NCBI RefSeq assembly: GCF_988243305.1
Contig: NZ_OZ547136.1
Length of the DNA stretch: 64,000 nt
Reading direction: 5' to 3' (one strand)
The first letter of the stretch is position 1. Each line of letters opens with the position of its first letter. The position numbers and the translations under genes are program-made. This document shows positions 23,861 to 38,534 of this stretch, one piece after another. The notes below the pieces were generated by a model. It saw nothing but the letters and a program-made list of their open reading frames with translations. It did no database searches and was not told where the DNA came from.

Positions 23861-24652
23861 TCAGATGCCGACGCTAACCGTCTCCGGCAGTGTGCTGCCG
23901 CCATCAATCACATTCTGTGTACCGGTTAAATAACTTGATTCATCCGATGCGAGGAAGGCTGCCAGTTCGCCGACTTCCAGCGGATCGGCGAGGCGACGCA
24001 TCGGGATTGCTTTTGCCATTTCAGTCAGCACCGATTCTGGATCTTCCGGGTTCGACTGGCGGGCAATGCTTTCCGCCATTGGCGTGCGAACGTATCCCGG
24101 GCAGATGGCGTTAACGCGAATACCAGACTGCGCGTACTCCACCGCCAGCGATTTAGTCAGGCCAACAATCGCCGCTTTCGTTAAGGCATACGCCGTTTCA
24201 CCCGGATCGGCCACCATATCGCCAGTGACTGAAGACATCATCACAATGCGACCATCTTTGCGGGCAATCATCTCCGGCAGCACCGCCTTCGTGACGTTCC
24301 ATACGCCTTTAATATTGATATCAATATGGAAATCGCGATCTTCATCGCTCATATCGAGGAAACTGCCCAGACGACAAACGCCTGCGTTATTCACCAGAAT
24401 ATCAATGCGCCCTTCTTTTTCCTTCGCGCGCTTAATAGCTGCGGCTACCGACGCCGGGTCACGCACATCGGCGACAACCGCCGTACAGCGATGACCACGA
24501 CCACACAGTTCGTCCGCCAGCTTTTCGATCTCAGGGGAGATATCCAGCAAGATTAGGTTTGCGCCATGACGCGCAAAAGTTCTGGCAATTCCTTCGCCAA
24601 TTCCCTGCAATGCGCCCGTAATCAGTGCTGTCTTGCCCGTGAGTTTACCCAT
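23861..24652 (-). CDS. ucpA: Short-chain dehydrogenase/reductase
   Basis: 263 aa from MGKLTGKTALITGALQGIG (Rossmann TGxxxGxG); catalytic YxxxK (YALTK); ORF track extends 22 codons upstream. Confidence 0.9.
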   Translation of the reverse strand: MGKLTGKTALITGALQGIGEGIARTFARHGANLILLDISPEIEKLADELCGRGHRCTAVVADVRDPASVAAAIKRAKEKEGRIDILVNNAGVCRLGSFLDMSDEDRDFHIDINIKGVWNVTKAVLPEMIARKDGRIVMMSSVTGDMVADPGETAYALTKAAIVGLTKSLAVEYAQSGIRVNAICPGYVRTPMAESIARQSNPEDPESVLTEMAKAIPMRRLADPLEVGELAAFLASDESSYLTGTQNVIDGGSTLPETVSVGI

Positions 24653-24780
24653 TTTAATGCTCTCCTTGTTAATACAGAGCGTTACACTCCATTCCCTCTG
24701 AAAATACAGGATAAACAAAATATTGCTGCGGATCAGCTCACTAATTCAGGAAAATCTCAATCCAGTCGCTGCTTTATGCA

Positions 24781-25638
24781 TCATTTCAGGCGTTGCGTTA
24801 GCTCACTGCTGCGCTCAATCATTTTCAATGACTCCACATCATTGAGTTGCACAAGGCCAACAAACAGTAAATCGGTAACAGAATTTTGCGCCGTGCGGGT
24901 GGACATCGACGAGCTGCGCCATTCGGTTTCGCCAGAAACGGTATCGAGAGTGTAATGCGCCAGCCGCCGCAGCGGGGAATCGGTTAATGAGGTAATGGCA
25001 ATCACCGTTGCCCCCTGCTTTCGCGCTGCCTCGGCGCACAAGACAATCTCTTTTTTACTGCCGCTGTAAGAGATAGCGATTTGTACATCGCCTTTTTTCA
25101 GCGCCTGGGAAACGGTGGCTTGTACATGCGTGTCAGCTTCACAGGCCACACGATAACCAATTTTCATCAGTTTGAATGAAAGATCGCGCCCCACCAGCGC
25201 CGACCCGCCCAGGCCCGTTATCTGGATAAATGGCGCTTTACTGATGACCTCAATGATTTTTTGCAGCCGCGCGTAGTCGAACAACGCGCAGGTTTGCTCC
25301 AGCGCCAGCTCTTTTTCGCGATTCAGTTTGCGGGCAATCACTTCCAGCGAATCATCACTGGTAATCGAACTGTGCAGGTGCAGCGCCGTGGCATTCGTTT
25401 TCTCCCGGCTGGCACTGTATTCGCCAATTAACGCCATACGCAATTCAGTAAATCCTTGCGCGCCGAGCTTCTGGGCAAATTTCACAATGCTCGACTGACT
25501 GATGCCGAGCTGTTTCGCCATCTTGCGCGAAGAGACGGATTTCAGCTCACTCACGTTGGCCCGCAGAAAGTCAGCAATTTTTTGCTCGTTCTCGGTAAAT
25601 TCACTTTCCGCATTGCGTATTTTCGTCAGGTACAACAT
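24781..25638 (-). CDS. murR: RpiR/MurR-family transcriptional regulator (HTH + SIS domain)
   Basis: 285 aa from [14 protein letters not shown]...; divergent from murQ; the 370-aa track ORF is an upstream in-frame extension. Confidence 0.9.
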   Translation of the reverse strand: MLYLTKIRNAESEFTENEQKIADFLRANVSELKSVSSRKMAKQLGISQSSIVKFAQKLGAQGFTELRMALIGEYSASREKTNATALHLHSSITSDDSLEVIARKLNREKELALEQTCALFDYARLQKIIEVISKAPFIQITGLGGSALVGRDLSFKLMKIGYRVACEADTHVQATVSQALKKGDVQIAISYSGSKKEIVLCAEAARKQGATVIAITSLTDSPLRRLAHYTLDTVSGETEWRSSSMSTRTAQNSVTDLLFVGLVQLNDVESLKMIERSSELTQRLK

Positions 25639-25801
25639 CTTCCACTCTCCTGGGCTGGCAGCAAAAATTCCGCTTAAGTTCTTATGACGCTCTTCACACT
25701 CTGCGAGTGTAGACTCAATGATTCCTTTAAGTCTGTCAATTCGGGATATATGATTCCATACATCTGCAATTATTTGATCGTAAATAGTAAGGTCACCACC
25801 G

Positions 25802-26698
25802 ATGCAACTTGAAAAGATGATTACCGAAGGCTCGAACGCCGCCTCGGCTGAAATTGACCGCGTATCAACGTTGGAAATGTGCCGGATTATCAACGATGAA
25901 GATAAAACCGTACCGCTTGCCGTTGAGCGCGTACTGCCGGATATCGCCGCGGCGATCGATGTTATCCACGCCCAGGTAAGCGGCGGCGGTCGACTGATTT
26001 ATCTCGGTGCGGGAACATCCGGTCGTCTGGGGATTCTGGATGCCAGCGAATGTCCGCCCACCTACGGCGTGAAACCGGGTTTGGTGGTTGGATTAATTGC
26101 TGGCGGCGAATATGCCATTCAGCACGCGGTGGAAGGCGCTGAAGATAGCCGGGAAGGTGGTGTTAATGATTTGAAAAACATCGGCTTAACCGCGCAGGAT
26201 GTGGTGGTTGGCATTGCGGCCAGTGGTCGCACGCCGTATGTAATTGCCGGACTGGAATACGCACGCCAGCTCGGCTGCCGCACAGTGGGAATTTCCTGTA
26301 ATCCCGGGAGCGCCGTTTCAACCACCGCTGAGTTTGCCATTACGCCAGTTGTTGGGGCCGAAGTGGTCACGGGTTCTTCGCGAATGAAAGCTGGCACGGC
26401 GCAGAAACTGGTGCTCAATATGCTCTCCACCGGGCTGATGATTAAATCCGGCAAAGTGTTCGGCAACCTGATGGTCGATGTGGTCGCCACCAACGAAAAA
26501 CTGCATGTGCGCCAGGTCAATATCGTCAAAAACGCCACCGGATGTAGCGCTGAGCAAGCGGAAGCGGCATTGGTTGCCTGCGACCGCAACTGTAAAACGG
26601 CCATTGTGATGGTGCTGAAAAATCTCGATGCCGCAGAAGCTAAAAAACGCCTGGATCAACACGGCGGCTTTATTCGTCAGGTTTTAGACAAGGAATAA
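25802..26698 (+). CDS. murQ: N-acetylmuramic acid 6-phosphate etherase
   Basis: 298-aa SIS-domain [29 protein letters not shown]... Confidence 0.95.
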   Translation: MQLEKMITEGSNAASAEIDRVSTLEMCRIINDEDKTVPLAVERVLPDIAAAIDVIHAQVSGGGRLIYLGAGTSGRLGILDASECPPTYGVKPGLVVGLIAGGEYAIQHAVEGAEDSREGGVNDLKNIGLTAQDVVVGIAASGRTPYVIAGLEYARQLGCRTVGISCNPGSAVSTTAEFAITPVVGAEVVTGSSRMKAGTAQKLVLNMLSTGLMIKSGKVFGNLMVDVVATNEKLHVRQVNIVKNATGCSAEQAEAALVACDRNCKTAIVMVLKNLDAAEAKKRLDQHGGFIRQVLDKE

Positions 26699-26701
26699 CC
26701 C

Positions 26702-28126
<1,425 letters not shown>

Positions 28127-28130
28127 TAAT

Positions 28131-29432
28131 ATGAAACGGACAATGCTCTATCTTTCTCTGCTGGCTGTCAGCTGTAGCGTCAGCGCCGCAAAATACCCTG
28201 TTCTGACAGAAAGTTCGCCAGAGAAAGCAAGGTTCAACGTCGAACGGCTTAACCAGATGGATCGCTGGATTAGCCAGCAAGTGGACGCCGGTTATCCCGG
28301 CGTAAACCTGCTGATTATAAAAGATAATCAGATTGTGTATCGCAAAGCCTGGGGAGCGGCGAAAAAGTACGATGGCAGCGTATTGATGGAACAGCCTGTC
28401 AAAGCCACCACCGGGACGCTGTATGACCTGGCTTCCAATACCAAGATGTACGCCACTAACTTTGCTCTGCAAAAGCTAATGAGCGAAGGCAAGCTGCATC
28501 CTGACGATCGGATTGCGAAATATATTCCGGGATTTGCCGATAGTCCAAATGACACCATCAAAGGCAAAAACACGCTGCGGATTTCTGACCTGCTGCATCA
28601 CAGCGGCGGTTTCCCGGCAGATCCGCAATACCCGAATAAAGCGGTCGCGGGCGCGTTATATTCCCAGGATAAAGGCCAGACGCTGGAGATGATCAAGCGC
28701 ACGCCGCTGGAGTATCAGCCCGGCAGCAAGCATATCTACAGCGATGTCGATTATATGCTGCTTGGATTTATCGTCGAGTCGGTTACCGGTCAGCCACTTG
28801 ACCGCTATGTTGAAGAGTCGATTTATCGCCCGCTCGGCCTGACGCATACGGTGTTTAATCCGCTACTGAAAGGCTTTAAACCGCAACAAATTGCCGCCAC
28901 GGAACTCAACGGCAATACCCGCGATGGCGTGATCCATTTCCCGAATATCCGCACCTCCACTCTCTGGGGTCAGGTGCACGATGAAAAAGCCTTTTATTCG
29001 ATGGGCGGCGTTTCCGGGCACGCAGGTTTGTTTTCCAATACCGGCGATATTGCGGTGTTAATGCAAACGATGCTGAACGGCGGCGGCTATGGCGATGTGC
29101 AGCTGTTCAGTGCGGAAACGGTGAAGATGTTCACCACCAGCTCTAAGGAAGATGCCACTTTTGGCCTCGGCTGGCGCGTGAATGGTAATGCCACTATGAC
29201 GCCGACGTTTGGCACGCTGGCAAGCCCGCAAACCTACGGTCACACTGGCTGGACCGGGACGGTGACCGTTATCGATCCGGTGAATCATATGGCGATTGTG
29301 ATGTTAAGCAATAAGCCGCATTCGCCAGTAGCCGATCCGCAAAAGAATCCCAATATGTTCGAAAGCGGTCAGTTGCCGATTGCAACTTATGGTTGGGTGG
29401 TTGATCAGGTGTATGCGGCGTTAAAGCAGTAA
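28131..29432 (+). CDS. yfeW: Penicillin-binding protein 4B / class C beta-lactamase-like protein
   Basis: 433 aa from MKRTMLYLSLLAVSCSVSA (signal peptide); exact start uncertain. Confidence 0.88.
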   Translation: MKRTMLYLSLLAVSCSVSAAKYPVLTESSPEKARFNVERLNQMDRWISQQVDAGYPGVNLLIIKDNQIVYRKAWGAAKKYDGSVLMEQPVKATTGTLYDLASNTKMYATNFALQKLMSEGKLHPDDRIAKYIPGFADSPNDTIKGKNTLRISDLLHHSGGFPADPQYPNKAVAGALYSQDKGQTLEMIKRTPLEYQPGSKHIYSDVDYMLLGFIVESVTGQPLDRYVEESIYRPLGLTHTVFNPLLKGFKPQQIAATELNGNTRDGVIHFPNIRTSTLWGQVHDEKAFYSMGGVSGHAGLFSNTGDIAVLMQTMLNGGGYGDVQLFSAETVKMFTTSSKEDATFGLGWRVNGNATMTPTFGTLASPQTYGHTGWTGTVTVIDPVNHMAIVMLSNKPHSPVADPQKNPNMFESGQLPIATYGWVVDQVYAALKQ

Positions 29433-29489
29433 TAAAAAGGCCAGTCAGTTGTGATACTGGCTGGACTTTAATCATCGAATCAGAAACGA

Positions 29490-30473
<984 letters not shown>

Positions 30474-30484
30474 TCAGACGCAAA

Positions 30485-31060
30485 TTAACGCCGCCAGATA
30501 ATTTTACTGACTTTCCAGTTTTTCAGGGTATCGTCCGAAGGCATTAACCCTTCAGGACCACTCCATTCCCCGCTGAACTGGTAGCTAATATGTTGACTGC
30601 CTTCGGCTTTACATTCGACGGCACGATTATCATCACCATCAGCTTTTTGGCAATTGCCAAATGCTTTGCTGTAAAGGTCGCTAAACGGTGTACCGATTTT
30701 AACACCGGTGTCAGCAGGAATATCGCTATCCAGCACATCAATGCGGCTGATCGTACCCTGATCGCCGTTAATCACCATCGCCACGTTGTCGCCTTTCATC
30801 ACTTCAAAAAAGCGCACCACGTTGCCGTTCGCGGTTTTCATTCCGCTGCGCAGGCGATAATCGCCATCAAGCGCATCGGCAATGGCTTGTTCTTGCAGTG
30901 GTGTGGACGCCGTTAATTCACCAACGCCCTGCTCGCTCACTTTGGTGGACGACCCAAACCAGTTCCACGGGTTAGCGGCAGACCAGTTAACTGACGACAT
31001 CGTGGAACAGCCGGTCAGCATCAACGGCATAGCGCATAACATTAAACGCAGCGATTTCAT
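30485..31060 (-). CDS. yfeY: Lipoprotein of unknown function
   Basis: 191 aa with lipobox (MLTGCS). Confidence 0.85.
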   Translation of the reverse strand: MKSLRLMLCAMPLMLTGCSTMSSVNWSAANPWNWFGSSTKVSEQGVGELTASTPLQEQAIADALDGDYRLRSGMKTANGNVVRFFEVMKGDNVAMVINGDQGTISRIDVLDSDIPADTGVKIGTPFSDLYSKAFGNCQKADGDDNRAVECKAEGSQHISYQFSGEWSGPEGLMPSDDTLKNWKVSKIIWRR

Positions 31061-31120
31061 GTCACTTCCTTTGGTTATTCAATAACGTTGCTTGGAGTGC
31101 AAATTCACCAAAAAGTGCCG

Positions 31121-31570
31121 TTATTCTTTTTCTTCATTAAAACAAGCGCGTAAACGTCGATTGGTCAGCAGCCAGATTAACGCCACAATATCCGCCACTA
31201 CCAGCGCCAGCCCGATACCGCTAACGGATTCACCGTTCAGCCACAGCCACGGTTGCCAGCAAAGTAAAACCACCTGCGCCAACAGCAACAGAAAATAGAG
31301 CACATGCCAGATACGGGGAAATGAAGCCCGCCGACCACTCAGCAAAAACGCCAGCACCGCCGGAATGCCGGGAATCAACCCCAGCCAGAAATTATCGTGA
31401 TCGGGATAAAACAGATTTAGCAGCGCAGTACCCTGCTCGCGCGACGCACCAGCAATGACAAACAGCACCCAGGTTCGCGCCTGAAGCAATAGCACAAGCC
31501 AGAAGAGCAAGGGTAAACGCAGGCGACCGTGCGCATCATAATGGACAGGATGAAACTCAGTACTCTTCAT
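31121..31570 (-). CDS. yfeZ: Inner membrane protein
   Basis: Hydrophobic ORF of about 149 aa ([17 protein letters not shown]...). Confidence 0.85.
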
Positions 31571-31982
31571 CTTCAATCAAACGCTTACCCAGACTCAGCA
31601 CGTCGGCGTGTTCATATCCCAGGCGTTCATACATTCCGAGCACCATGTCGTTATCTTCCGGCACGTTGATCTGAATTTTCGGGCAGCCGCGAGCAATCAG
31701 CTTTTTCTCCAACCGATTAAGCAACGCATTAGCAATCCCACGCCCACGAAACTCTGGATGCACGCCAAGATAATAAGCAGACCCGCGATGACCATCATAA
31801 CCGCCCATCACCGTTCCGACCACTTCACCGTTTACCTCAGCGACCAGAAACAAACTGACGTCATGGTTCATCTTACGCTCGATGTCCATTTCCGGATCGT
31901 TCCACGGACGCAGCAAGTCGCAACGCTCCCAAAGGGTGATGACCTCTTCGAAATCTTCCTGGCGAAATACGCGTATCTCCAT
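31557..31982 (-). CDS. ypeA: GNAT-family N-acetyltransferase
   Basis: 141 aa from [24 protein letters not shown]...; GNAT-type Gly-rich motif [10 protein letters not shown]. Confidence 0.85.
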
Positions 31983-32195
31983 GGTATTCGTTACCTTTTT
32001 GCGGGTTAAAAGGCTGATTATGGCGTGAAAGGTCGAATTAGCCAATATCTGACGAAAATCGGTTGAAAAAGTGGCATAATGGGGAGTTGTCAACTATTGA
32101 AATGAAAAGTAAAACAATTCTCATCAGCAAACGGTCGTAACGGATTACGCGATACGATATAACATCTGGAACTTTATTATTACAACTCAGGCCGT

Positions 32196-33065
32196 ATGAG
32201 CACTTTTAAACCACTAAAAACACTCACTTCGCGCCGCCAGGTGCTGAAAGCCGGTTTGGCTGCCCTGACGTTGTCAGGAATGTCGCAAGCCATCGCCAAA
32301 GACGAACCTTTAAAAACCAGCAACGGACACAGCAAGCCGAAAGCCAAAAAATCTGGCGGCAAACGTGTCGTTGTTCTCGATCCAGGCCACGGTGGGATCG
32401 ATACCGGAGCGATCGGACGCAACGGTTCGAAAGAAAAACATGTGGTGCTGGCGATTGCTAAAAACGTCCGTTCCATTTTGCGTAATCATGGGATTGATGC
32501 GCGTTTAACGCGTTCTGGCGATACGTTTATCCCACTTTACGATCGCGTTGAAATCGCCCATAAACATGGCGCAGATCTGTTTATGTCAATTCATGCCGAT
32601 GGCTTTACCAACCCGAAAGCTGCCGGTGCTTCGGTATTTGCCCTCTCTAACCGTGGGGCAAGTAGCGCAATGGCGAAATACCTGTCTGAACGCGAAAACC
32701 GCGCCGATGAAGTTGCCGGTAAAAAGGCGACTGACAAGGATCACCTATTGCAGCAAGTGCTGTTTGATCTGGTGCAAACCGATACTATTAAAAACAGCCT
32801 GACGCTCGGCTCGCATATTCTGAAAAAGATTAAGCCGGTGCATAAACTGCACAGCCGCAACACCGAACAAGCCGCGTTTGTGGTGTTGAAATCGCCGTCG
32901 GTTCCTTCGGTGCTGGTGGAAACCTCGTTTATCACCAATCCGGAAGAAGAGCGGCTGTTAGGCACGGCGGCATTTCGCCAGAAAATCGCCACAGCGATTG
33001 CCGAAGGCGTGATCAGTTATTTTCACTGGTTTGACAACCAGAAAGCACACTCGAGAAAGCGGTAA
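32196..33065 (+). CDS. amiA: N-acetylmuramoyl-L-alanine amidase
   Basis: 289 aa with Tat-type signal (RRQVLKAGLAAL). Confidence 0.95.
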   Translation: MSTFKPLKTLTSRRQVLKAGLAALTLSGMSQAIAKDEPLKTSNGHSKPKAKKSGGKRVVVLDPGHGGIDTGAIGRNGSKEKHVVLAIAKNVRSILRNHGIDARLTRSGDTFIPLYDRVEIAHKHGADLFMSIHADGFTNPKAAGASVFALSNRGASSAMAKYLSERENRADEVAGKKATDKDHLLQQVLFDLVQTDTIKNSLTLGSHILKKIKPVHKLHSRNTEQAAFVVLKSPSVPSVLVETSFITNPEEERLLGTAAFRQKIATAIAEGVISYFHWFDNQKAHSRKR

Positions 33066-33968
<903 letters not shown>

Positions 33969-33973
33969 CTCCC

Positions 33974-35026
33974 TCACCCCCATTCCCGCATCCGCTGATG
34001 CAGCGTCAGTGACGGCTTCTCGGCAAACAGTTGCTGATAATCCGTGGCGAATTGCCCCAGATGCCAGAATCCCCACTGCATGGCGGCGTCTTTTACCGTT
34101 GTGCTTTGCGACCAAGGGCTTATCAGTTCGCGGCGTACGGCGTTCAGGCGAATGCGTTTCAGCCACGCATTTGGGCCAATGCCTAAAATAGCGTGAAACG
34201 CGTTTTGTAGCGTGCGGCGGCTGACATGCAGTTGATTACACAAGTCCAGCACCGTCACCGGCTCAGACATATTTTCCAGCACATATTCACGGGCGCGGGA
34301 AAGTAATCTACGGTAACTCTGATGACTGATGCTTTCCGCCGTCACCATTGGTTGCGCTTCTTCCAGCATCGCCCCCATCGCCATGAGCAAATTATCCCCC
34401 AGCACTTTTCGCACTGCAGGCTGATGAAGATTTTCCGGGTTCTCGCAAAATGTCGCCAGCGCCTGTTGGACAAAGCCCCACAGCGCGGCTTTATGCTGCT
34501 CTTTCACTTCCAACGCCGACTGGCTACGCAGCATATGTAATACCCGATCCGGATTATGCAAAAAGTTAGCCTGACGGGTGATGACATCTTCAGAAAGCAC
34601 TACGCCCAGGATCGTGTAATCGTCCGGCGTACTTAATTCAAACTCGGTTCCACCAGGGCGCGTCGCTATTTCTGCGCTTCCCAGACATTGCGAACCGATA
34701 AATCCCTGCTCACCGCGCGTCGCCGGAATGCCAAACCAGAACGAATTCGGCCAGACCAGGCACGACTGACGCAGCGCCAGACCAGTGTATTCACGAAAAA
34801 CCTGAATATCATCGAGTAGAATTTCCGTAAATTCACCATGAAACTTGCCCGGATGCAGCTGATCGTAAATCTGCTGCCAGGCGGTAATCGTCAAAGCATG
34901 TTCATAGACATCCGTTGTCTGTCGTTGATGAACATTATCCACTTCGACCTTCGGCGTGAGCTTCAGGTTTTCGGGTAAGGGTTCATGATAAAGATGGTGC
35001 AAATTGGCTGTACGGGTCTTTTTCAT
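33974..35026 (-). CDS. eutR: AraC-family activator of the eut operon
   Basis: 350 aa; C-terminal AraC-type HTH. Confidence 0.93.
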   Translation of the reverse strand: MKKTRTANLHHLYHEPLPENLKLTPKVEVDNVHQRQTTDVYEHALTITAWQQIYDQLHPGKFHGEFTEILLDDIQVFREYTGLALRQSCLVWPNSFWFGIPATRGEQGFIGSQCLGSAEIATRPGGTEFELSTPDDYTILGVVLSEDVITRQANFLHNPDRVLHMLRSQSALEVKEQHKAALWGFVQQALATFCENPENLHQPAVRKVLGDNLLMAMGAMLEEAQPMVTAESISHQSYRRLLSRAREYVLENMSEPVTVLDLCNQLHVSRRTLQNAFHAILGIGPNAWLKRIRLNAVRRELISPWSQSTTVKDAAMQWGFWHLGQFATDYQQLFAEKPSLTLHQRMREWG

Positions 35027-35071
35027 GATGTTAATGCCGGGTGTTGTAGGACACCCGGCACCTCCGACAGG

Positions 35072-35572
35072 TTAATGGGGCTTGAGACGATAACGACTAC
35101 TGCGTTTACGTAACGTCCCGGCAGAAAAGAGCTGTTCGAGCGCATTTCTGGCTTTTTCGAGCGGCCAGCCAAAGTGGGCTGCCACTTCTCCTGCCGTCAT
35201 TCCCTGACGTACTGATGTTAACAGCGCCAACAACTCGTCAGCAGATTCCGCGACGATAACTGGCGCGTCGGGTTCCTTTACGGGTTGCTTCGGCTGGCGG
35301 TTAAAGCCAGTAACCAGCCACTGGGTGTCATCGTCTGGCCGACCGATCTCCTTACGGCTGATGACACGCCCGGTACGCATCGCGGCAGCACAACCTGCGT
35401 CCAGCGCCGCACGACACGCCGCCAGATCGCCTTCCACCACCAGCGTTAGGCGACCAGGGTCAAGCACTTCGTGACTGAGCAGACGAACGTTAGCTGCTTT
35501 GAGCATGGCATCAGCTGCATCTATCGCGGCGACCATGCCGTCCACTTCCAGCAATCCCAGTGCATTGATCAT
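35072..35572 (-). CDS. eutK: Microcompartment shell protein EutK (BMC domain + C-terminal helix-turn-helix)
   Basis: 166 aa MINALGLLEVDGMVAAIDAADAMLKAANV..., BMC fold signature. Confidence 0.9.
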   Translation of the reverse strand: MINALGLLEVDGMVAAIDAADAMLKAANVRLLSHEVLDPGRLTLVVEGDLAACRAALDAGCAAAMRTGRVISRKEIGRPDDDTQWLVTGFNRQPKQPVKEPDAPVIVAESADELLALLTSVRQGMTAGEVAAHFGWPLEKARNALEQLFSAGTLRKRSSRYRLKPH

Positions 35573-35584
35573 CGGCAACCTCCG

Positions 35585-36244
35585 TTACGCACGCTGGATA
35601 GGATTACGCGCGATTTCCAGCACTGCATCGGTAAAGGCGTTACAGGCTGCTTTACACGCGGCCTGGCTACCGGTTAAAAATGCTGCCGAGTAGTTGGTTT
35701 CAGACGGCGGCGGGACATAGGTCACCAGCTGCACGTCGGCAGATTTCAACGCTGCATCAATGCCATAGGTCGCTTCCAGCGGCGGTGCCACCAGATACGC
35801 CATCGGATCGCCAAGCGTGATCCCGGCGGTTGATGAGAGATAAGAACCGGTACGCGAAACTACATGTGCCAGGAAGGCTGTATTTTCTGCGTCATTAGCC
35901 CACTGGAAAGCCGCGCCATTTTCAATATGCGCAACCATCGCATCCAGACCAGCACGCACTTCCGCCGGGTTTGGCCCACCGAGCATAATCAGCACTTCAC
36001 CGGCAGTCGGTGACGGTCCGTGTGCAGCTCCCGCATACAGCGAGCGGCCATACACCACTTCGACCATCGCCTGCTTGGTCGCTTCGTCAGCCGCAATGTA
36101 GGTGACGTCATCGGAATCAGCAGAAATCAGCCCGAGGCTACGAATATGCGGCGGCAATTTCAGTTCACGCGCAAATTCGGCGTTAACGGAGGCAATCACC
36201 CGCATGGCGGTGACCGACGGTCGAATCAAATCTAAAGCTGGCAT
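35585..36244 (-). CDS. eutL: Microcompartment shell protein EutL (tandem BMC)
   Basis: 219 aa, position in eut operon. Confidence 0.93.
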   Translation of the reverse strand: MPALDLIRPSVTAMRVIASVNAEFARELKLPPHIRSLGLISADSDDVTYIAADEATKQAMVEVVYGRSLYAGAAHGPSPTAGEVLIMLGGPNPAEVRAGLDAMVAHIENGAAFQWANDAENTAFLAHVVSRTGSYLSSTAGITLGDPMAYLVAPPLEATYGIDAALKSADVQLVTYVPPPSETNYSAAFLTGSQAACKAACNAFTDAVLEIARNPIQRA

Positions 36245-36253
36245 GATGCCTCC

Positions 36254-37141
36254 TTATCGGGTCATGTTGATGCCGGATGCTTTCTGCTCCAGCATACGTT
36301 TCGCCAAATCCACAATGACGGCTGCGGCTTCAACCGGCGGCGTGCCGCCCTGGTGAATGTTAGAGATACAGGTACGGTCGGCCTCAACGGTGGTTGCCAT
36401 ACGCGGCGAGTAAACGGCGTAGCAGGAGAGGCTTTCTGACTGCCCTAATCCCGGGCGTTCCCCCACCAGTAGGATCACTACTTTCGCGCCGAGGATCTCA
36501 CCGATCTGATCTTCAATCTTCACGCGACCATAACGAACAAAGAATGGTGTACCGACTTTCAGCCCGGCCTGTTTCAGGCCCGCCATCAGCGGTGGCAGGA
36601 TCTCTTCGTAGTTCACGGTGATCGCATCAGTTGACAGCCCATCAGAAATAACGACCTGCACGTCCGGATTGGCAACACACTGCGCTTTCAGCGCTTCAAC
36701 AGCTTCTGCACACAGGCGGCGGCCCATATCCGGACGAGTCAGGTAGAGATTTTTGTCGCTAATTTCAGAGCGGACTTCCAGCAAGCCCTGCGCTTTCACC
36801 CACTCTTCCGGCACTTCTTTCAGTACGGTATCTTTCGAACGAGAGTGATCGGCCAGGAAACGCAGCAACGCCTGGGTACGCGGACGCGGACCGGCACGAC
36901 CGGTACAAACGCGGGCCACGGTGCTGCGACGCAGTTCTGTTAATACGTCTGCGCGATGCGGGTTTTCAACACCAATCCACGCTTTTGCTTCCGCAGAGCC
37001 TAAGTCCAGCGCGCAGCTTTCCGAGGTCACCGGTGCCGCACAGGTGGTGGTGGCGCACTTTGCTTCTGACGGCGCGGGGGCCGCTTGTCCCATTGACGCC
37101 ATCACGCTGCGTACAATTTCTTCAATCTGTTTTTGATCCAT
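36254..37141 (-). CDS. eutC: Ethanolamine ammonia-lyase small subunit
   Basis: 295 aa following eutB. Confidence 0.95.
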   Translation of the reverse strand: MDQKQIEEIVRSVMASMGQAAPAPSEAKCATTTCAAPVTSESCALDLGSAEAKAWIGVENPHRADVLTELRRSTVARVCTGRAGPRPRTQALLRFLADHSRSKDTVLKEVPEEWVKAQGLLEVRSEISDKNLYLTRPDMGRRLCAEAVEALKAQCVANPDVQVVISDGLSTDAITVNYEEILPPLMAGLKQAGLKVGTPFFVRYGRVKIEDQIGEILGAKVVILLVGERPGLGQSESLSCYAVYSPRMATTVEADRTCISNIHQGGTPPVEAAAVIVDLAKRMLEQKASGINMTR

Positions 37142-37161
37142 GATGTGTTATCTCCGCGTCA

Positions 37162-38523
37162 TCAGAAGAACAGTGACGGATCGCCCGCCCGTTTGGTCAG
37201 GCGACCGTTTGCCATAATGCCCATGCTTTCCAGCCAGCGTTCAAACTCCGGTGACGGGCGCAGGTTGAGTAACTGACGCACAGTGGCAGTGTCGTGGAAT
37301 GCGGTGGTCTGATAGTTGAGCATGATGTCATCGCCCAGCGGCATCCCCATGATGTAGTTGCAGCCTGCGGTGGCGAGCAGGATCATGAGGTTTTCGTTGA
37401 GGTTCTGGTCAGCGTCAGCGTGGTTGGTGTAGCAGCAGTCACAGCCCATAGAGATGCCGCTCAGCTTACCCATAAAGTGATCTTCTAAGCCCGCACGGAT
37501 AATCTGGCGGTCGTTGTAGAGATACTCCGGCCCAATAAAGCCGACCACGGTGTTGACGATAAACGGATCGTAATGACGCGCCAGCCCGTAGTTACGCGCT
37601 TCCATCGTCACCTGGTCTGCGCCGAAGTTAGCGCCAGCAGACAGCGCCGAACCTTGTCCGGTTTCGAAGTAGAGGCAGTTTTCCCCGGCGATACGGTTGA
37701 ACTCCGCGCCCACTGCGCGCGCTTCGTCGAGCATCGCCAGTTCCACGCCAAACTCTTTCAGCCCTTTTTCGCTGCCGCAGATACTCTGGAAAATCAGTCC
37801 GCCAGGCGCGCCGCGACGAATTGCTTCAATCTGGGTGGTGACGTGCGCCAGCACGCAGCCCTGGGTCGGAATGTTGTATTTGTCGATCACGCCATAGATG
37901 GTGTCCAACACGCGGCTTAAGTTTTCCACGTCGTCAGTCACCGGGTTAACGCCGATCACCGCATCGCCCACCCCGAAAGAAAGCCCTTCGTAGATTTGCG
38001 CGGCGATACTTTGCACGTCGTCACGGGTGTCGTTTGGCTGCAAGCGGGCGCTGAAGGTGCCCGGAATACCGATGGTGGTATTGGCCTTTTTGATCACCGG
38101 CATTTTCTTCGCGCCGTAGATCAGGTCCGCGTTGGAGCAAATCTTCGCTACCGCCGCGACCACTTCCGAGGTCAACCCTTTGCGGGTAAAGGCAATGTCG
38201 TCAACGCTGGTTTCGTCGCTCAGGACGTATTCACGCAGTTCGCTGATGCTCCAGTTTTTAATCTGGTTGTAGGCCGTTTCGTTAACGTCGTCCTGAATCA
38301 GCCGCGTCACGCAGTCATCTTCATAAGCAATCACCGGATTATTGCGGATGTCCGCTACGGTCATTTCCGACAACACCTGCTTTGCCGCCACGCGCTCCTG
38401 TGAGCTTGCCGCTGCGACGCCCGCCAGCACATCCCCCGAACGCAGTTCGTTGGCTTTAGCCAGCACCTCTTTTACATCCTTAAACTGATATACATTGCCG
38501 AACAATGTGGTCTTTAGTTTCAT
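37162..38523 (-). CDS. eutB: Ethanolamine ammonia-lyase large subunit
   Basis: 453 aa MKLKTTLFGNVYQFKDVKEVLAKANELRSGD... Confidence 0.96.
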   Translation of the reverse strand: MKLKTTLFGNVYQFKDVKEVLAKANELRSGDVLAGVAAASSQERVAAKQVLSEMTVADIRNNPVIAYEDDCVTRLIQDDVNETAYNQIKNWSISELREYVLSDETSVDDIAFTRKGLTSEVVAAVAKICSNADLIYGAKKMPVIKKANTTIGIPGTFSARLQPNDTRDDVQSIAAQIYEGLSFGVGDAVIGVNPVTDDVENLSRVLDTIYGVIDKYNIPTQGCVLAHVTTQIEAIRRGAPGGLIFQSICGSEKGLKEFGVELAMLDEARAVGAEFNRIAGENCLYFETGQGSALSAGANFGADQVTMEARNYGLARHYDPFIVNTVVGFIGPEYLYNDRQIIRAGLEDHFMGKLSGISMGCDCCYTNHADADQNLNENLMILLATAGCNYIMGMPLGDDIMLNYQTTAFHDTATVRQLLNLRPSPEFERWLESMGIMANGRLTKRAGDPSLFF

Positions 38524-38534
38524 AAGTCGTTCCC

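Noticed and set aside
24653-25893. N-terminal extensions of track ORFs (murR 370 aa, ucpA 285 aa, cysM 329 aa, zipA 345 aa, tktB 688 aa, yfeW 462 aa and others)
   Set aside because: The six-frame track uses the most upstream start, including GTG/TTG. Starts were moved to the position matching the known protein N-terminus or signal peptide; the extensions overlap neighbouring genes or promoters.
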